A stretch of 64,000 bases of DNA from a virus, in IMG/VR virus record IMGVR_UViG_3300024999_000057, positions 38,670 to 102,669 of that record; one strand, given 5' to 3'. The notes below the pieces were generated by a model that saw nothing but the letters and a program-made list of their open reading frames with translations, was not told the DNA's origin and ran no database searches. The position numbers were made by a program, and so were the translations under genes. Each line of letters starts with the position of its first letter. Within the stretch, counting starts at the first letter, position 1. This document shows positions 25,781-34,923 of this stretch, piece after piece.

Positions 25781-25810
25781 AAAAGAGGAGCCTCCCGAAG
25801 AAGGCCCCTC
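25781..25810 (-). terminator. intrinsic terminator
   Basis: GAGGGGCCTTC-TTCG-GGAGGCTCCTC-TTTT. Confidence 0.85.
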
Positions 25811-25823
25811 AACCACAGTTCTG

Positions 25824-25852
25824 ACAATAATCTACTTCGGCCTAAATGTCAA
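25824..25852 (-). promoter_or_regulatory. sigma70 promoter TTGACA-17-TATTGT
   Basis: Same upstream context (operator + TTTTATC) as the 25748 and 54151 promoters. Confidence 0.65.
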
Positions 25853-25876
25853 GATAAAAAATTCACATCTGAATAT

Positions 25877-26971
25877 TTATTTGACGATCATCAGTTTTTC
25901 TGAAGCACGGGTATAGGCCGTATAGCGCCAGCGCCTGTGCATCTCCTCATCGTTCCCGAAAAGTTCCTCGAAGACCATAATCTTCGGCGCCTCTGAGCCC
26001 TGAAATTTGTGGCACGTTAAAGCGTAGCCGAAGTCGAATTGCTCAATGCCTCGCTGGTAATAAACCTGCCCACCCAAGAAAACCTGATCGTCGATGTCCA
26101 GGCACTCGTAGTGAATTCCATCGTCGTTCGTGAAGTCCAGATATTTTCCAATCGAGTCGTAGGACCCGCATGTCCCGAGCATCCCATTCACGAGTCCCAT
26201 CTCGTTATTATTTTTCAGGCAGATGAGCTTGTCGCCGGGTGCAGGGAGATCACCTTTAAATCCGAGTAATCCCCTGATTTCCTCGTTTAATTTCCTCCTA
26301 GTATTGTTGAACCCGCAGATCACTTGGTCAGCACTAAGCAAAAATTCATCAGCAACGCGGAACCACGGGATTACGAAGCACGTATCACCATGCCTCCCGT
26401 ACCCGATGTCCTCCCCAATCCGGATCGAATGAGCCAGGCGAATAATCGGGTTGTCCATCGCCTGGCGGTGGATCGTCTCTAGGCGATAATCCGGGTTGAG
26501 CATCAGGTTCGCCTGATCCTTGGACACAGGGGGAAGCTGAAAATGATCCCCGATGTAAAGTACCGGAATCCCGTAGCTTTCCAGATCCAACTTGATCGTG
26601 CCGCTCACCATTGAGGATTCGTCGCAGATGATCAGCTTGACCTTTTCAAGTTCCACGAAAGCCCTTCTGCAAAACGTGACCTTCCCTTGGTCATCAATTC
26701 GGGGCCGGTAGATCAACCCGTGGATCGTCGTAGCTGGGAGCCCCTTCTTCCTGAGGACCATCGCCGCTTTGCCTGTGTAGGCGACATATTTTATGTCCTG
26801 CTCTTCTAATTTCAGATCATCGACGATGAAATTCACGATGGTCGTCTTGCCGGTGCCTGCGTAGCCACCTAAAACGAAGGTGGTTTTGATTGTCGAGTCG
26901 ATTGAGTTGAACCAATCTTTAATCGCTTTGACAGCGCCAGCTTGCTCGTCGGTTAGGGTTATTTGTGCCAA
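25877..26971 (-). CDS. SF1B (Dda/RecD-like) DNA helicase
   Basis: GYAGTGKTT, DESSMV, GDHFQLPPV, HRQA, YALTCHKFQGSE, YTAYTRA. Confidence 0.9.
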   Translation of the reverse strand: MAQITLTDEQAGAVKAIKDWFNSIDSTIKTTFVLGGYAGTGKTTIVNFIVDDLKLEEQDIKYVAYTGKAAMVLRKKGLPATTIHGLIYRPRIDDQGKVTFCRRAFVELEKVKLIICDESSMVSGTIKLDLESYGIPVLYIGDHFQLPPVSKDQANLMLNPDYRLETIHRQAMDNPIIRLAHSIRIGEDIGYGRHGDTCFVIPWFRVADEFLLSADQVICGFNNTRRKLNEEIRGLLGFKGDLPAPGDKLICLKNNNEMGLVNGMLGTCGSYDSIGKYLDFTNDDGIHYECLDIDDQVFLGGQVYYQRGIEQFDFGYALTCHKFQGSEAPKIMVFEELFGNDEEMHRRWRYTAYTRASEKLMIVK

Positions 26972-27955
26972 CTAGAACCTCCCTGCGAAGGGCTGGAGCC
27001 AAAACGAAGCTTTTTCTGCGACTGCTACCTTGCCACATTCGAGGAGCCATTCTTTGACTTCGTGAACATCTGGAGAATTCGGATTCCCGAAGTTCTCCAG
27101 ATTCTCCTTCAGGTACGAGATCCCATCGACTCCGAAAATCTCCAGTTCAACTTCGGGCGTGTGGTGAAGGTCAGCCAGCTTCAGGTTCCTGTAGGCCGTC
27201 TCAAAATTCTCCCTGAGCCCAACCCGGACCTTCTCAGGCATCCTCGAAATTTGAAGCGAGTCCAATTGCTTCTCGACTTCCTGCATGGTCCCACATTGGC
27301 GGATCATCTTCAGGGCGAAGGTTTCACCGAGGCCTTTCACGGTCCAGTAGCCATCCGAGGTATCACCGCAGAGCCCCTTGACGTGGGCGAACTGCCAAGG
27401 CTCGATCTCGTACTGCTCCTGGAACGCCTTCAGGTTCAGCCAGAGTTTGGGCGGGATCTTCTCGCCTTGGCTCAAGGGCATAATCATGGGCTTTGCATAG
27501 CCCGCTTGTGCCACTCCGGGACGGAGGAGTTGTAGCATGTCGGCGTCGGTGGACAGCACCATCACGTCGAATTCTTCGAGATCAACATGGCGAACCACGA
27601 AGCTGATCACATCGTCGGCCTCGACCCCTTTGACCGAGAGGCAGGGAATCCCAACTTTTCTCGCGAGGTCAACGCAGTCAGGCATCTCCTCATTTCTGAA
27701 TCGTGCGTAGCGTGCGAGTTCAGCAGCGTCCCATTTCTTCCTGGTTTCCTCTCGGTTCGCCTTGTAGCCTTCGTAGATGCCAAGGCGGTACTTGGATTTC
27801 CCGCCCTCGCACGCGAACACAACTTTGTGGACCTTGAACTGCTCGACGATCTTTTTGATGTCGCTGAGGAATTTCCATGCTTTGTCAGGCTCTTTGAAAT
27901 GATACTGGCTGAAGAAAGAGTTGGCGAAGTCCACTAGGAGGATTCGTTTTTTCAA
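26972..27955 (-). CDS. 5'-3' exonuclease / flap endonuclease
   Basis: LLVD, YKANR, GVEADD, STDADMLQL, LCGDTSD, GLGETFA. Confidence 0.92.
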   Translation of the reverse strand: MKKRILLVDFANSFFSQYHFKEPDKAWKFLSDIKKIVEQFKVHKVVFACEGGKSKYRLGIYEGYKANREETRKKWDAAELARYARFRNEEMPDCVDLARKVGIPCLSVKGVEADDVISFVVRHVDLEEFDVMVLSTDADMLQLLRPGVAQAGYAKPMIMPLSQGEKIPPKLWLNLKAFQEQYEIEPWQFAHVKGLCGDTSDGYWTVKGLGETFALKMIRQCGTMQEVEKQLDSLQISRMPEKVRVGLRENFETAYRNLKLADLHHTPEVELEIFGVDGISYLKENLENFGNPNSPDVHEVKEWLLECGKVAVAEKASFWLQPFAGRF

Positions 27956-28547
27956 GCGGACTCCTCCCTGACTACCCTGATTTTGCCTGAGTACAGGTAG
28001 CTAAAATCTTCAGAGGTCAGCCCTCGACTGAACATATCCTCCAGCACCTTTTCTACAGCCATCTCAGCAGCCACCGTGATCATGACGATCAACTCTGAAA
28101 AATCGAAGGTATCTTTGGTTCCTCCGATAAGTTCCAGCAAAAGCTCAGGAGATTCTTCATAAAGTTTTCGCCGCCTCATTATTTCTTCTGTAGTCATTTC
28201 GACCTCCCCAGCATCTCCTCAGCCTTCTTCCTTCTACTCAACTCAGCCTCCTTCTCCAGTACCAAGTCGTGGACCTTGCTGATCACCTTTGCCTCCGAGT
28301 AATTCTTGTGGACCTTCCCGCAGCGGAGGCAGACTTTAGAGATAGGATTAACTGGGATTTGATAGTCGAGGTCACCGCACCAGGCATATTCGGGGATTGA
28401 AAGTTCACCTCGAAGCCATAAATCTCCAATAAGCCCAGTCTCAGTAGTGAACCCCAAGCTTGTCAAAAATTCCTTGACCTTTTCCCAGAGCAGAACTCTG
28501 TCACTCACCTCCTCCCAATCGTGGATTCCAATTCTGCAGAGATTCAT
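27952..28547 (-). CDS. two hypothetical genes (27952-28197, 28194-28547)
   Basis: ATGA overlap chain; the second has a CRIGIHDW...CLRC motif. Confidence 0.55.
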
Positions 28548-28550
28548 TTC

Positions 28551-29948
28551 CTAGCCCTCCACGTTGGTACAAGTCTTGTCATCCCGCAGCCGCTGCCACA
28601 CAGGGAATCTTAAAGAGCCGTCAGCCGTGACTTCCTGGCCTGAGACCTCACCGATGAGCCCGACGAGCCTCCCACACAAATGCTCCACCCACATTTCATA
28701 GCGTTGAGCATCATCAAATCCAGTCCCGCAGTCGGTCTTGATGGTCCCGCAGTCCGACGCCATCTCCACCCCGCCGAGCATTCCTTGGTACTTACCCTCA
28801 CCTTCATAGGCACCTACTATTCTGAGGTCCATAGTAAAAAACTCTTTTACTTTTAAGAGCTTGCTGCTCCTCTTGAACTCGTACTCGGAGTCAAGGAGCT
28901 TGACCATGACACCTTCGCCTGGATTTAACCGATACTCCACCTCCTTCCCCTTCGAATTCAGAACTGAATACTTCTCCCCACCTTTCGTCCTGACGCGGTG
29001 AAAAAGCTCCTTCACTTCTGCTTCGTTGTTCGCTAAGGCGTTCGGCAGCAGGATCAGGTTATTGAAGGACTTCTCCTGACGCTCGAAGAGAGCTGCGAGT
29101 TCGAGCTTTCTGTCGGACAACGGGGCTGATTTCTTCTGCTCGAAGAAAGTTTCGATGGGCAACAAATCCCAGCAGTAATAACCGAGGTACTCCCTCACTT
29201 CGTCCGAAGTAGTTGATTCTGCTCGGATTAGGGCCTTGCCTCCTTCATAAACCCAGTTCCCATCCTTGCACTTCAAGAAAGTTTTGTTGTCCGGGTTGAA
29301 TCTTTTAGCGAGAATTTCCCCGTCGAGAACAAAATCCGTTTCTGGTCTCAACTTCAGGATCTCCGCAGCGATCACTCCGCGCTCATCGAATTCATGCCCC
29401 TCTCTCGAAAAGAATGTCACCTTGCCATCTTTGCAGACCGCGATGCACCGGAGCCCATCGAGCTTCTCCTCCACTAAAACGGGATATTTCAAAGTGGGCC
29501 AGAGATTCTTCGGCGTCTTGCCCCCTTTGTAGATCGGCTGGGCGAGCATCACGTCGAACGTCGGAATCAGTTTGGGAAACGCGGCGTTAATCGTGGACTC
29601 GTCGATTCCGGCTTTCAGATCGCGAGTAACTATTTTTGCGACCCAGGACGCTCCCTCTTCGGTACATCTTTTCATCAGATTTCTGACCATGTTTTTCGCA
29701 GCGGTCGAGCCGGTTTCGTGCTTCGCAAGCAGAAGGAGCAGCTCTTCCAAGTCCTGTGTGATGTCGGGCTGGACCTCGTTGTAAGTTGAGGGGAACTCGA
29801 TCTGCTTGATCCGGTACGTGATAAACTTATTGTAGGTCAAGCTCAAGAGCTTCCTGAGATTCGGAGAATCGTTCCTTTTTAAAATCTCGATCTTCTCGTT
29901 TCTTGAAGCAGTTTCTTGGATTTGTTGAAAAACTTCAAACTCTTTCAA
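28551..29948 (-). CDS. ATP-dependent DNA ligase
   Basis: EEKLDGLR, FSREG, LDGEI, WDLL, EGVMVK, LLKVK, GTGF, LRFPVW; TTG start with GGAGG RBS. Confidence 0.95.
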   Translation of the reverse strand: MKEFEVFQQIQETASRNEKIEILKRNDSPNLRKLLSLTYNKFITYRIKQIEFPSTYNEVQPDITQDLEELLLLLAKHETGSTAAKNMVRNLMKRCTEEGASWVAKIVTRDLKAGIDESTINAAFPKLIPTFDVMLAQPIYKGGKTPKNLWPTLKYPVLVEEKLDGLRCIAVCKDGKVTFFSREGHEFDERGVIAAEILKLRPETDFVLDGEILAKRFNPDNKTFLKCKDGNWVYEGGKALIRAESTTSDEVREYLGYYCWDLLPIETFFEQKKSAPLSDRKLELAALFERQEKSFNNLILLPNALANNEAEVKELFHRVRTKGGEKYSVLNSKGKEVEYRLNPGEGVMVKLLDSEYEFKRSSKLLKVKEFFTMDLRIVGAYEGEGKYQGMLGGVEMASDCGTIKTDCGTGFDDAQRYEMWVEHLCGRLVGLIGEVSGQEVTADGSLRFPVWQRLRDDKTCTNVEG

Positions 29949-30130
29949 TTGGCCTCCAAAAGTACGCACATAGCCCCTACCATACTGAACGCTGCGGTTA
30001 TTCCGGCCCATACTTGCAAGCCACGCTGAACTGACTCACCGGTAACTGTGTCAGCACCCAGACTAAACCCGAAACTGACCAAGGCCCCTGCTCCCAGGAT
30101 GCAGGCCATCAACCCAATTTTCTTAATCAT
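29945..30130 (-). CDS. small membrane protein
   Basis: Two hydrophobic segments, GAGGAG RBS. Confidence 0.55.
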   Translation of the reverse strand: MIKKIGLMACILGAGALVSFGFSLGADTVTGESVQRGLQVWAGITAAFSMVGAMCVLLEAN

Positions 30131-30476
30131 CAGTAGTTCTCCTCAAGAATCTGCCTCAGTTCAGCCACCGCCATCTCAAAGGTCAGCCGATTGAGCTTGT
30201 CGTTGCTGTCCCACATGATGAAAGAAATCTTATCCCCGAACGGGTTCTTCCAAATCTCGTAGTAATCCGCTTCTTTAATTTGATTCATTTCCCTTTCTCC
30301 TTTAGCATTCCCCGCCCTCTTCCATAATCCTCTCCCAGAACACCGCTTGTCCGGTGTAGGGGCAACAGATTGGAAGTTCGGGATTGTCGTCGTCTACGTC
30401 CAGGACGCACATTGCGTCGCAGCAATCACAGATGAACTCGGTCATGCTGCTTCCTCAAATTCACTTCTGAATTCTT

Positions 30477-31022
30477 TCAGGCGCACGCTGCCTCCTGAGC
30501 CTCGGGTGAATAAGGCATGAATTTAACCTTCGCCTTTCTCACCGCCTCAGCCGCTTCTTCCACTGTGTCGAAGAGCCCGAGGTGCTTCTGCTTGTAGTCA
30601 AGCATGATGTAGGCTCGCCACTTCTTACTCTGAGTGTGTCGCGCTACTCCCTTGGCCCCACTGGTGTTGTTACGGTTGCGCCGGGTGCGGTTGTGGTTAT
30701 TCTGGGTGTGGTCGGCAATTCGCAGGTTCTCGCGGCGGTTATCCAAAGTATTTCCATTGATGCGGTCCACCAGTTCGCCTTCCTTAGCGTGCGCGAGCAG
30801 GCGGTGCATTGACAGATTTTGCTGCGGGTAATTACGAGGGGCTCTGCAGTAAGCGTAATAACCGCCTCTCCGCTTAGTCTTGTCATCTATGCACCATGAA
30901 ATATCCGAGATATTCACCGCTACAAAATCTTCCTCAGAAACAAGCGCCTCAAATTTCTGCCCGTTGAGTCGGTGGATGTGGATTGTGACCACTCCATTCT
31001 TTATTTCGTATTTATTCTTCAT
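30477..31022 (-). CDS. HNH-AP2 homing endonuclease (catalytic His replaced by Arg)
   Basis: MHRLL...VDRINGNTLDNRRENLR, SGAKGV, WRAYI, HLGLFDTVEEAA. Confidence 0.88.
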   Translation of the reverse strand: MKNKYEIKNGVVTIHIHRLNGQKFEALVSEEDFVAVNISDISWCIDDKTKRRGGYYAYCRAPRNYPQQNLSMHRLLAHAKEGELVDRINGNTLDNRRENLRIADHTQNNHNRTRRNRNNTSGAKGVARHTQSKKWRAYIMLDYKQKHLGLFDTVEEAAEAVRKAKVKFMPYSPEAQEAACA

Positions 31023-33826
31023 GCCGCTTCCAACTCCTCCATGTCCTCGTCTTCTTCCTCGTCAAGTTCCTCTTCATCTACCAAGGCAGTTCCGAAGTCC
31101 TCACTAAATTCAGCCCAGTTCTTGCCCCACTCTGCTTCAGCAGCCATAGGAATTGGACAGTTTTCCATTGGGGGCTGGGTCATGTGGTAAAGTAGACGGT
31201 CCCTAGCCTCTACCAGCCCGTCTCGGGACACTTCCGAGTAATTCGCGTCGTGACAACTCCCAATAAGAAGTACGTCACTTCCAGACTCATCAATCTCCTC
31301 CTGCAGGTTACAGATCGAAAGCAGCAGACTGACCGAAGCCGGATTCTGGATCGTGGCATTTATGGCCTGGCGTACTGCCTGGGCCTTGATGCCTTCGTCA
31401 TCCGAGTTAATCGCCGGGACCCGCCGCTTGTACCCGTAGTATGAGAGGGCATAGCCTTTTTCCAGAGTCGAAATCGTCATATCCTTGATGTACTGGTCCA
31501 CGCCCTTGTACTTGGCGAAGTACTCATCGAGGATCTGCTGCGCCATGTCCTTCGTGTACTCCTGGAGATCAAGGGTTTCCCCCTTGGACTTCGCAAGTTC
31601 TTGTCGCTCGATGATGGACTCGTTGACCTTCTTGGCGAGGGCATCAGGACCTCCACCGTAAATGGAGAGAAATTGTACGGTTTTGGAAACACTGTTTCTT
31701 TCGAACTCGTACTGCTTCTTCACATCGTTAGGTGGGCAGGTGATGTAATCGAACAACTCTTTCGCGATTGCGCCGTGGATGTCGATGCCCTGTTTGAAAA
31801 TCTCGATCAGCTTCTCGTCGCCCGAGACAATCGCAGCCCACCGCATTTCGATTGCAGAGAGGTCGGCACCCAGAAGAACTCTGCCTTCCGGAGCTTCGAA
31901 CATCTTCTTAATCGCTTTGACCAACTTCATCTTCCGCTCATCGCCGCGAGCCGGGAGGTTTTGGAGGTTCGGGTCGCGTGAACTGGATCTTCCGGTTTTG
32001 GCCCCGCAAGCGTTGTACGTCCCGTGGACCCTCCCATTCACCGTCTTGCTTAAAACCCCGATCACGTAAGTGCTCAAGAACTTGCACATTTCCGAGTAGT
32101 GCTGGATCTTCTGCAGGAACTCCTTGTGCCTGGGTTCGCTTCGCATCCAGATCGACATCGCTTCTTTGTCCGTCGCAGGAGCACCCTTCTTGGTGCGCTT
32201 CACGACATCCATCTTCATCACGTCGAAGAAGAGGACCTGCTTCTGAGGAACCGAGCCTAGTTTGAACACGATGGGCTGCTTCAGTTCGGTGATCCGCACC
32301 GTGCTGTCGGCAGTGGCCTTGTCGATTTTTTTCTGGAGGGAGACACGCTCCTTCTCCATCTGCTTGAGGAACTTCGGGTCGATCCCTTCATAGGGCTTTT
32401 CAAGCATCGCGAACTCACCGCGAAGCTCTTTCAGCTTCTCCAGGGCCTTCTTATTTTTGGTCTCGGTTTCCTTCTTCAGCTTGTTCTGAGTCAGGACCTC
32501 AACTGCCTTAGTTATGTTGGGCGCGGCCAGCAACTCCACTTCCATCTCAGCGATTTCTTTTTCAAACTTCTTCTGAAGTTCCCTGCCGTATTCCACGTTG
32601 ATCGGCCAGCCATTCAGTTCGAACCGAGTCAGCAGCCAGTTGATCCTCATGACCAACTCGAAGGTTTTCTCCTGCTCCTCCTTTTTCAACTCCTCCTTGA
32701 AGTGGAGGTAAAGACGGAAGGTAGCGTCCGAATCGCAGAGGGCGTATTGCGCCAGCGTCTCGAACGGAATCATCCCGTAGGAGAAAACCGGCTTGCCGGG
32801 GTTCTTCGTCGAGGGCTTTTTCAGGATCTTGTGCTTCTTGCAATACTCGTCCTTGAAGCGCTCCAGTTCCAACTCGTAGTCGCCCATGTCGGTGAGTTGG
32901 CAGGTAAGGTCTTTCAGGCCGTTCGGCGTATTCTCGTCGCACAAGAAACTGGCTATCATCGTGTCGAAGGAGCGCCCCTTCTGAAGTGGGACTCCCCAGT
33001 GATGGTTGATGAATTTGTCATCGAACTTCTTGTTGTGTCCGATAATCAGCTTGTTCGGGTCCGTGAAAATCAGGGTGATCTGGGCCTTGATCCAAGCCCA
33101 CTCTTCCTCACTCCACAGGTTCAGTACAGCGGGACATTCAGGCCCGTTGCAGGGAATCAGGTAGCTGTACCCCGGCTTATGCGAGAACTGGATCGTCGTG
33201 ATGCTGTCGATGTTGAAGTAGAGCCCGGTCGTCTCGGTGTCATAAGCGACCTCCCGGACCAGTGGAGAGGTGTAATGCTGGAAGAATCCTTGAAGCTTGG
33301 GGATTGAATCCAGGATCGTGTAGTGCGTCTCCAACTTGTCCGCTTCCCTGATCTCCGGGAACTCCTTCTCGACCACTGCTTGCTTGACGACCGAAGCAAT
33401 CACGTTCATAATTCCGGGGTCATGCTTCGCTTGCGCTGGGTTCGGGCAGGGGAGAACTTTCAGACCCGCGTACTTCTCCGAGATCAACGTCTTACCGAAA
33501 TACTTGGCAGCGCCCTTCCTTCCTGTGATCTTCTCGAAGGCGCCAGCTCCTACCGGGATGCAGACGTTGAAGCCGTAGGTCTCGATTAACTCATCAACGT
33601 AGGGCGCCTTGTATTTGTACTCAGTAGCCTTCGGCTTCGAGTCCTGCGTGTCCGCCAGGCACAAAGCCGAGACCTCTGAAAAGTCGAGCCCCGCGTCAAT
33701 AAATTTCTTGAGGAGGGGCTCGATGCCTTTTTGTGAAACCTTCCCGTCTTTGATCCAGTCCTTGTGTTGGGCGTTGTCGAAGACGATCAGGACCTTCTTG
33801 CTTTCACCTATTCTTGCGTAGATCAA
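31019..33826 (-). CDS. polA: family A DNA polymerase with N-terminal UDG-like and 3'-5' exonuclease domains
   Basis: DTETTG, HNKKFD, YALCD exo motifs; TGRSSSRDPNLQN, DLSAIEMR, KTVQFLSIYG, AINATIQ, CHDA; N-domain IPVGAGAF...PCPNPA. Confidence 0.95.
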   Translation of the reverse strand: MIYARIGESKKVLIVFDNAQHKDWIKDGKVSQKGIEPLLKKFIDAGLDFSEVSALCLADTQDSKPKATEYKYKAPYVDELIETYGFNVCIPVGAGAFEKITGRKGAAKYFGKTLISEKYAGLKVLPCPNPAQAKHDPGIMNVIASVVKQAVVEKEFPEIREADKLETHYTILDSIPKLQGFFQHYTSPLVREVAYDTETTGLYFNIDSITTIQFSHKPGYSYLIPCNGPECPAVLNLWSEEEWAWIKAQITLIFTDPNKLIIGHNKKFDDKFINHHWGVPLQKGRSFDTMIASFLCDENTPNGLKDLTCQLTDMGDYELELERFKDEYCKKHKILKKPSTKNPGKPVFSYGMIPFETLAQYALCDSDATFRLYLHFKEELKKEEQEKTFELVMRINWLLTRFELNGWPINVEYGRELQKKFEKEIAEMEVELLAAPNITKAVEVLTQNKLKKETETKNKKALEKLKELRGEFAMLEKPYEGIDPKFLKQMEKERVSLQKKIDKATADSTVRITELKQPIVFKLGSVPQKQVLFFDVMKMDVVKRTKKGAPATDKEAMSIWMRSEPRHKEFLQKIQHYSEMCKFLSTYVIGVLSKTVNGRVHGTYNACGAKTGRSSSRDPNLQNLPARGDERKMKLVKAIKKMFEAPEGRVLLGADLSAIEMRWAAIVSGDEKLIEIFKQGIDIHGAIAKELFDYITCPPNDVKKQYEFERNSVSKTVQFLSIYGGGPDALAKKVNESIIERQELAKSKGETLDLQEYTKDMAQQILDEYFAKYKGVDQYIKDMTISTLEKGYALSYYGYKRRVPAINSDDEGIKAQAVRQAINATIQNPASVSLLLSICNLQEEIDESGSDVLLIGSCHDANYSEVSRDGLVEARDRLLYHMTQPPMENCPIPMAAEAEWGKNWAEFSEDFGTALVDEEELDEEEDEDMEELEAA

Positions 33827-34038
33827 ACCTCTTCATCCTCCCAGCAACTTGCGTGAACCAACTGTCTCTTCGACCCGACCCGAAATCTCACCACCACTTT
33901 CCCTGAAATAACTTCCCCACACTTACTCCGATTCGAGTGCCCACCTGTGACGACCACAAGCGCCCTCACAATTGCTTTGTCCTGCTCCTTGAACGGCTGG
34001 TTGCAAACCGCGCAGACGTTAGAAAATCCTCCTGCCAT
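33823..34038 (-). CDS. small zinc-finger protein
   Basis: CAVC...HASC. Confidence 0.6.
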   Translation of the reverse strand: MAGGFSNVCAVCNQPFKEQDKAIVRALVVVTGGHSNRSKCGEVISGKVVVRFRVGSKRQLVHASCWEDEEV

Positions 34039-34066
34039 TTCTACCTCCCATTCAGATGTGAATTTG

Positions 34067-34549
34067 TTAGAGAGCCGTTACCACAACACCTAGCCCACTG
34101 GCTCTCAGGACATCGAGATTGTTTTCTCCGTAAGCGACCAAGCAGATTGGTGCTCCAGAATTAAACGGAGCCCTCTTACCGTCTACGTAGTGGAAATGCG
34201 GGCGCCCCTTGATGAACAGCACACCTGTCGCTTTGCCCCAAATTGTCTCGTAAAACATCGCTGTCTCAGTTCTAGCAGGAATTAAAGCGATGCCGTTGTT
34301 GTGCTGGGCCATCTTTCTGAGCCACTTCACTGCTTCCCTACCGAACGGTGGATTCAGCCATATTCGGCCCTGCCACTCTTGATTCAGCCCCTCTTGCTCG
34401 ACTGTATAATGTCGCGAAGCGGTAGGCCACGGTCTAACAATCGGAGCACAAGGGTCCAGGTCAAAGGTACCTAGTGGGGCCAGTATTTCGGGTGGAGTAA
34501 GCCACTCGTCGTTTTTCATTTTGGCGCTTTGGTGCGCAGATAATCCCAT
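34067..34549 (-). CDS. phage DNA N6-adenine methyltransferase (Dam-like)
   Basis: DEWLTPP, LDPCA, WLNPPF, LIPARTET, IKGR. Confidence 0.9.
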   Translation of the reverse strand: MGLSAHQSAKMKNDEWLTPPEILAPLGTFDLDPCAPIVRPWPTASRHYTVEQEGLNQEWQGRIWLNPPFGREAVKWLRKMAQHNNGIALIPARTETAMFYETIWGKATGVLFIKGRPHFHYVDGKRAPFNSGAPICLVAYGENNLDVLRASGLGVVVTAL

Positions 34550-34583
34550 TTCTACCTCCCATTCAGCTGTGAATTTGATTAGG

Positions 34584-34877
34584 CTAAATTTCTAACTCCC
34601 CAGACCTACGGGCCTCATCCAAGCGCGCCTGACCTTCTTCCTTCGTCTGCAAGCGAGGCCACCACAGCCCGTCTGGTACCTTGATCCCGGTCATCATCCC
34701 GACCGGGATAGGCACTATGAAAAGGTAATTCTCGGTGCAATGCTCGACGGCCTCTTCCTCGGTCTCGAAGAGCCCTTCCAGCATCCAGCCGTTTACCTGC
34801 CCATCGTCAGCGATACCATTTACGTGTTGCCCAACCGCGTACATTTTCCTGATCTCAGGATTTTCCCACCATTTCAT
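34584..34877 (-). CDS. hypothetical cassette gene
   Basis: Start MKWWENP lies inside repeat copy 3 with GGGAGG RBS. Confidence 0.65.
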   Translation of the reverse strand: MKWWENPEIRKMYAVGQHVNGIADDGQVNGWMLEGLFETEEEAVEHCTENYLFIVPIPVGMMTGIKVPDGLWWPRLQTKEEGQARLDEARRSGELEI

Positions 34878-34923
34878 TTCTACCTCCCATTCAGATGTGA
34901 ATTTGATTAGTCGCGGGTCAGCC

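Larger units (their letters stand above)
34036..34910. repeat. three 35-36 bp direct repeats (34036-34070, 34547-34582, 34875-34910) containing operator, RBS and start codon
   Basis: CATTTCTACCTCCCATTCAG(A/C)TGTGAATTTG(A)TTAG. Confidence 0.95.

Noticed and set aside
28551-30011. ORF-track N-terminal extensions (ligase 30011, thyX 52832, sbcD 20316, HNH 14567, 34964, 21025)
   Set aside because: Downstream starts have clear RBSs and avoid long overlaps, so the shorter coordinates were used.
34036-34910. CRISPR array
   Set aside because: The repeats are separated by whole genes (about 290-480 bp) and contain an RBS and ATG; there are no cas genes and no regular 30-40 nt spacers anywhere in the window.
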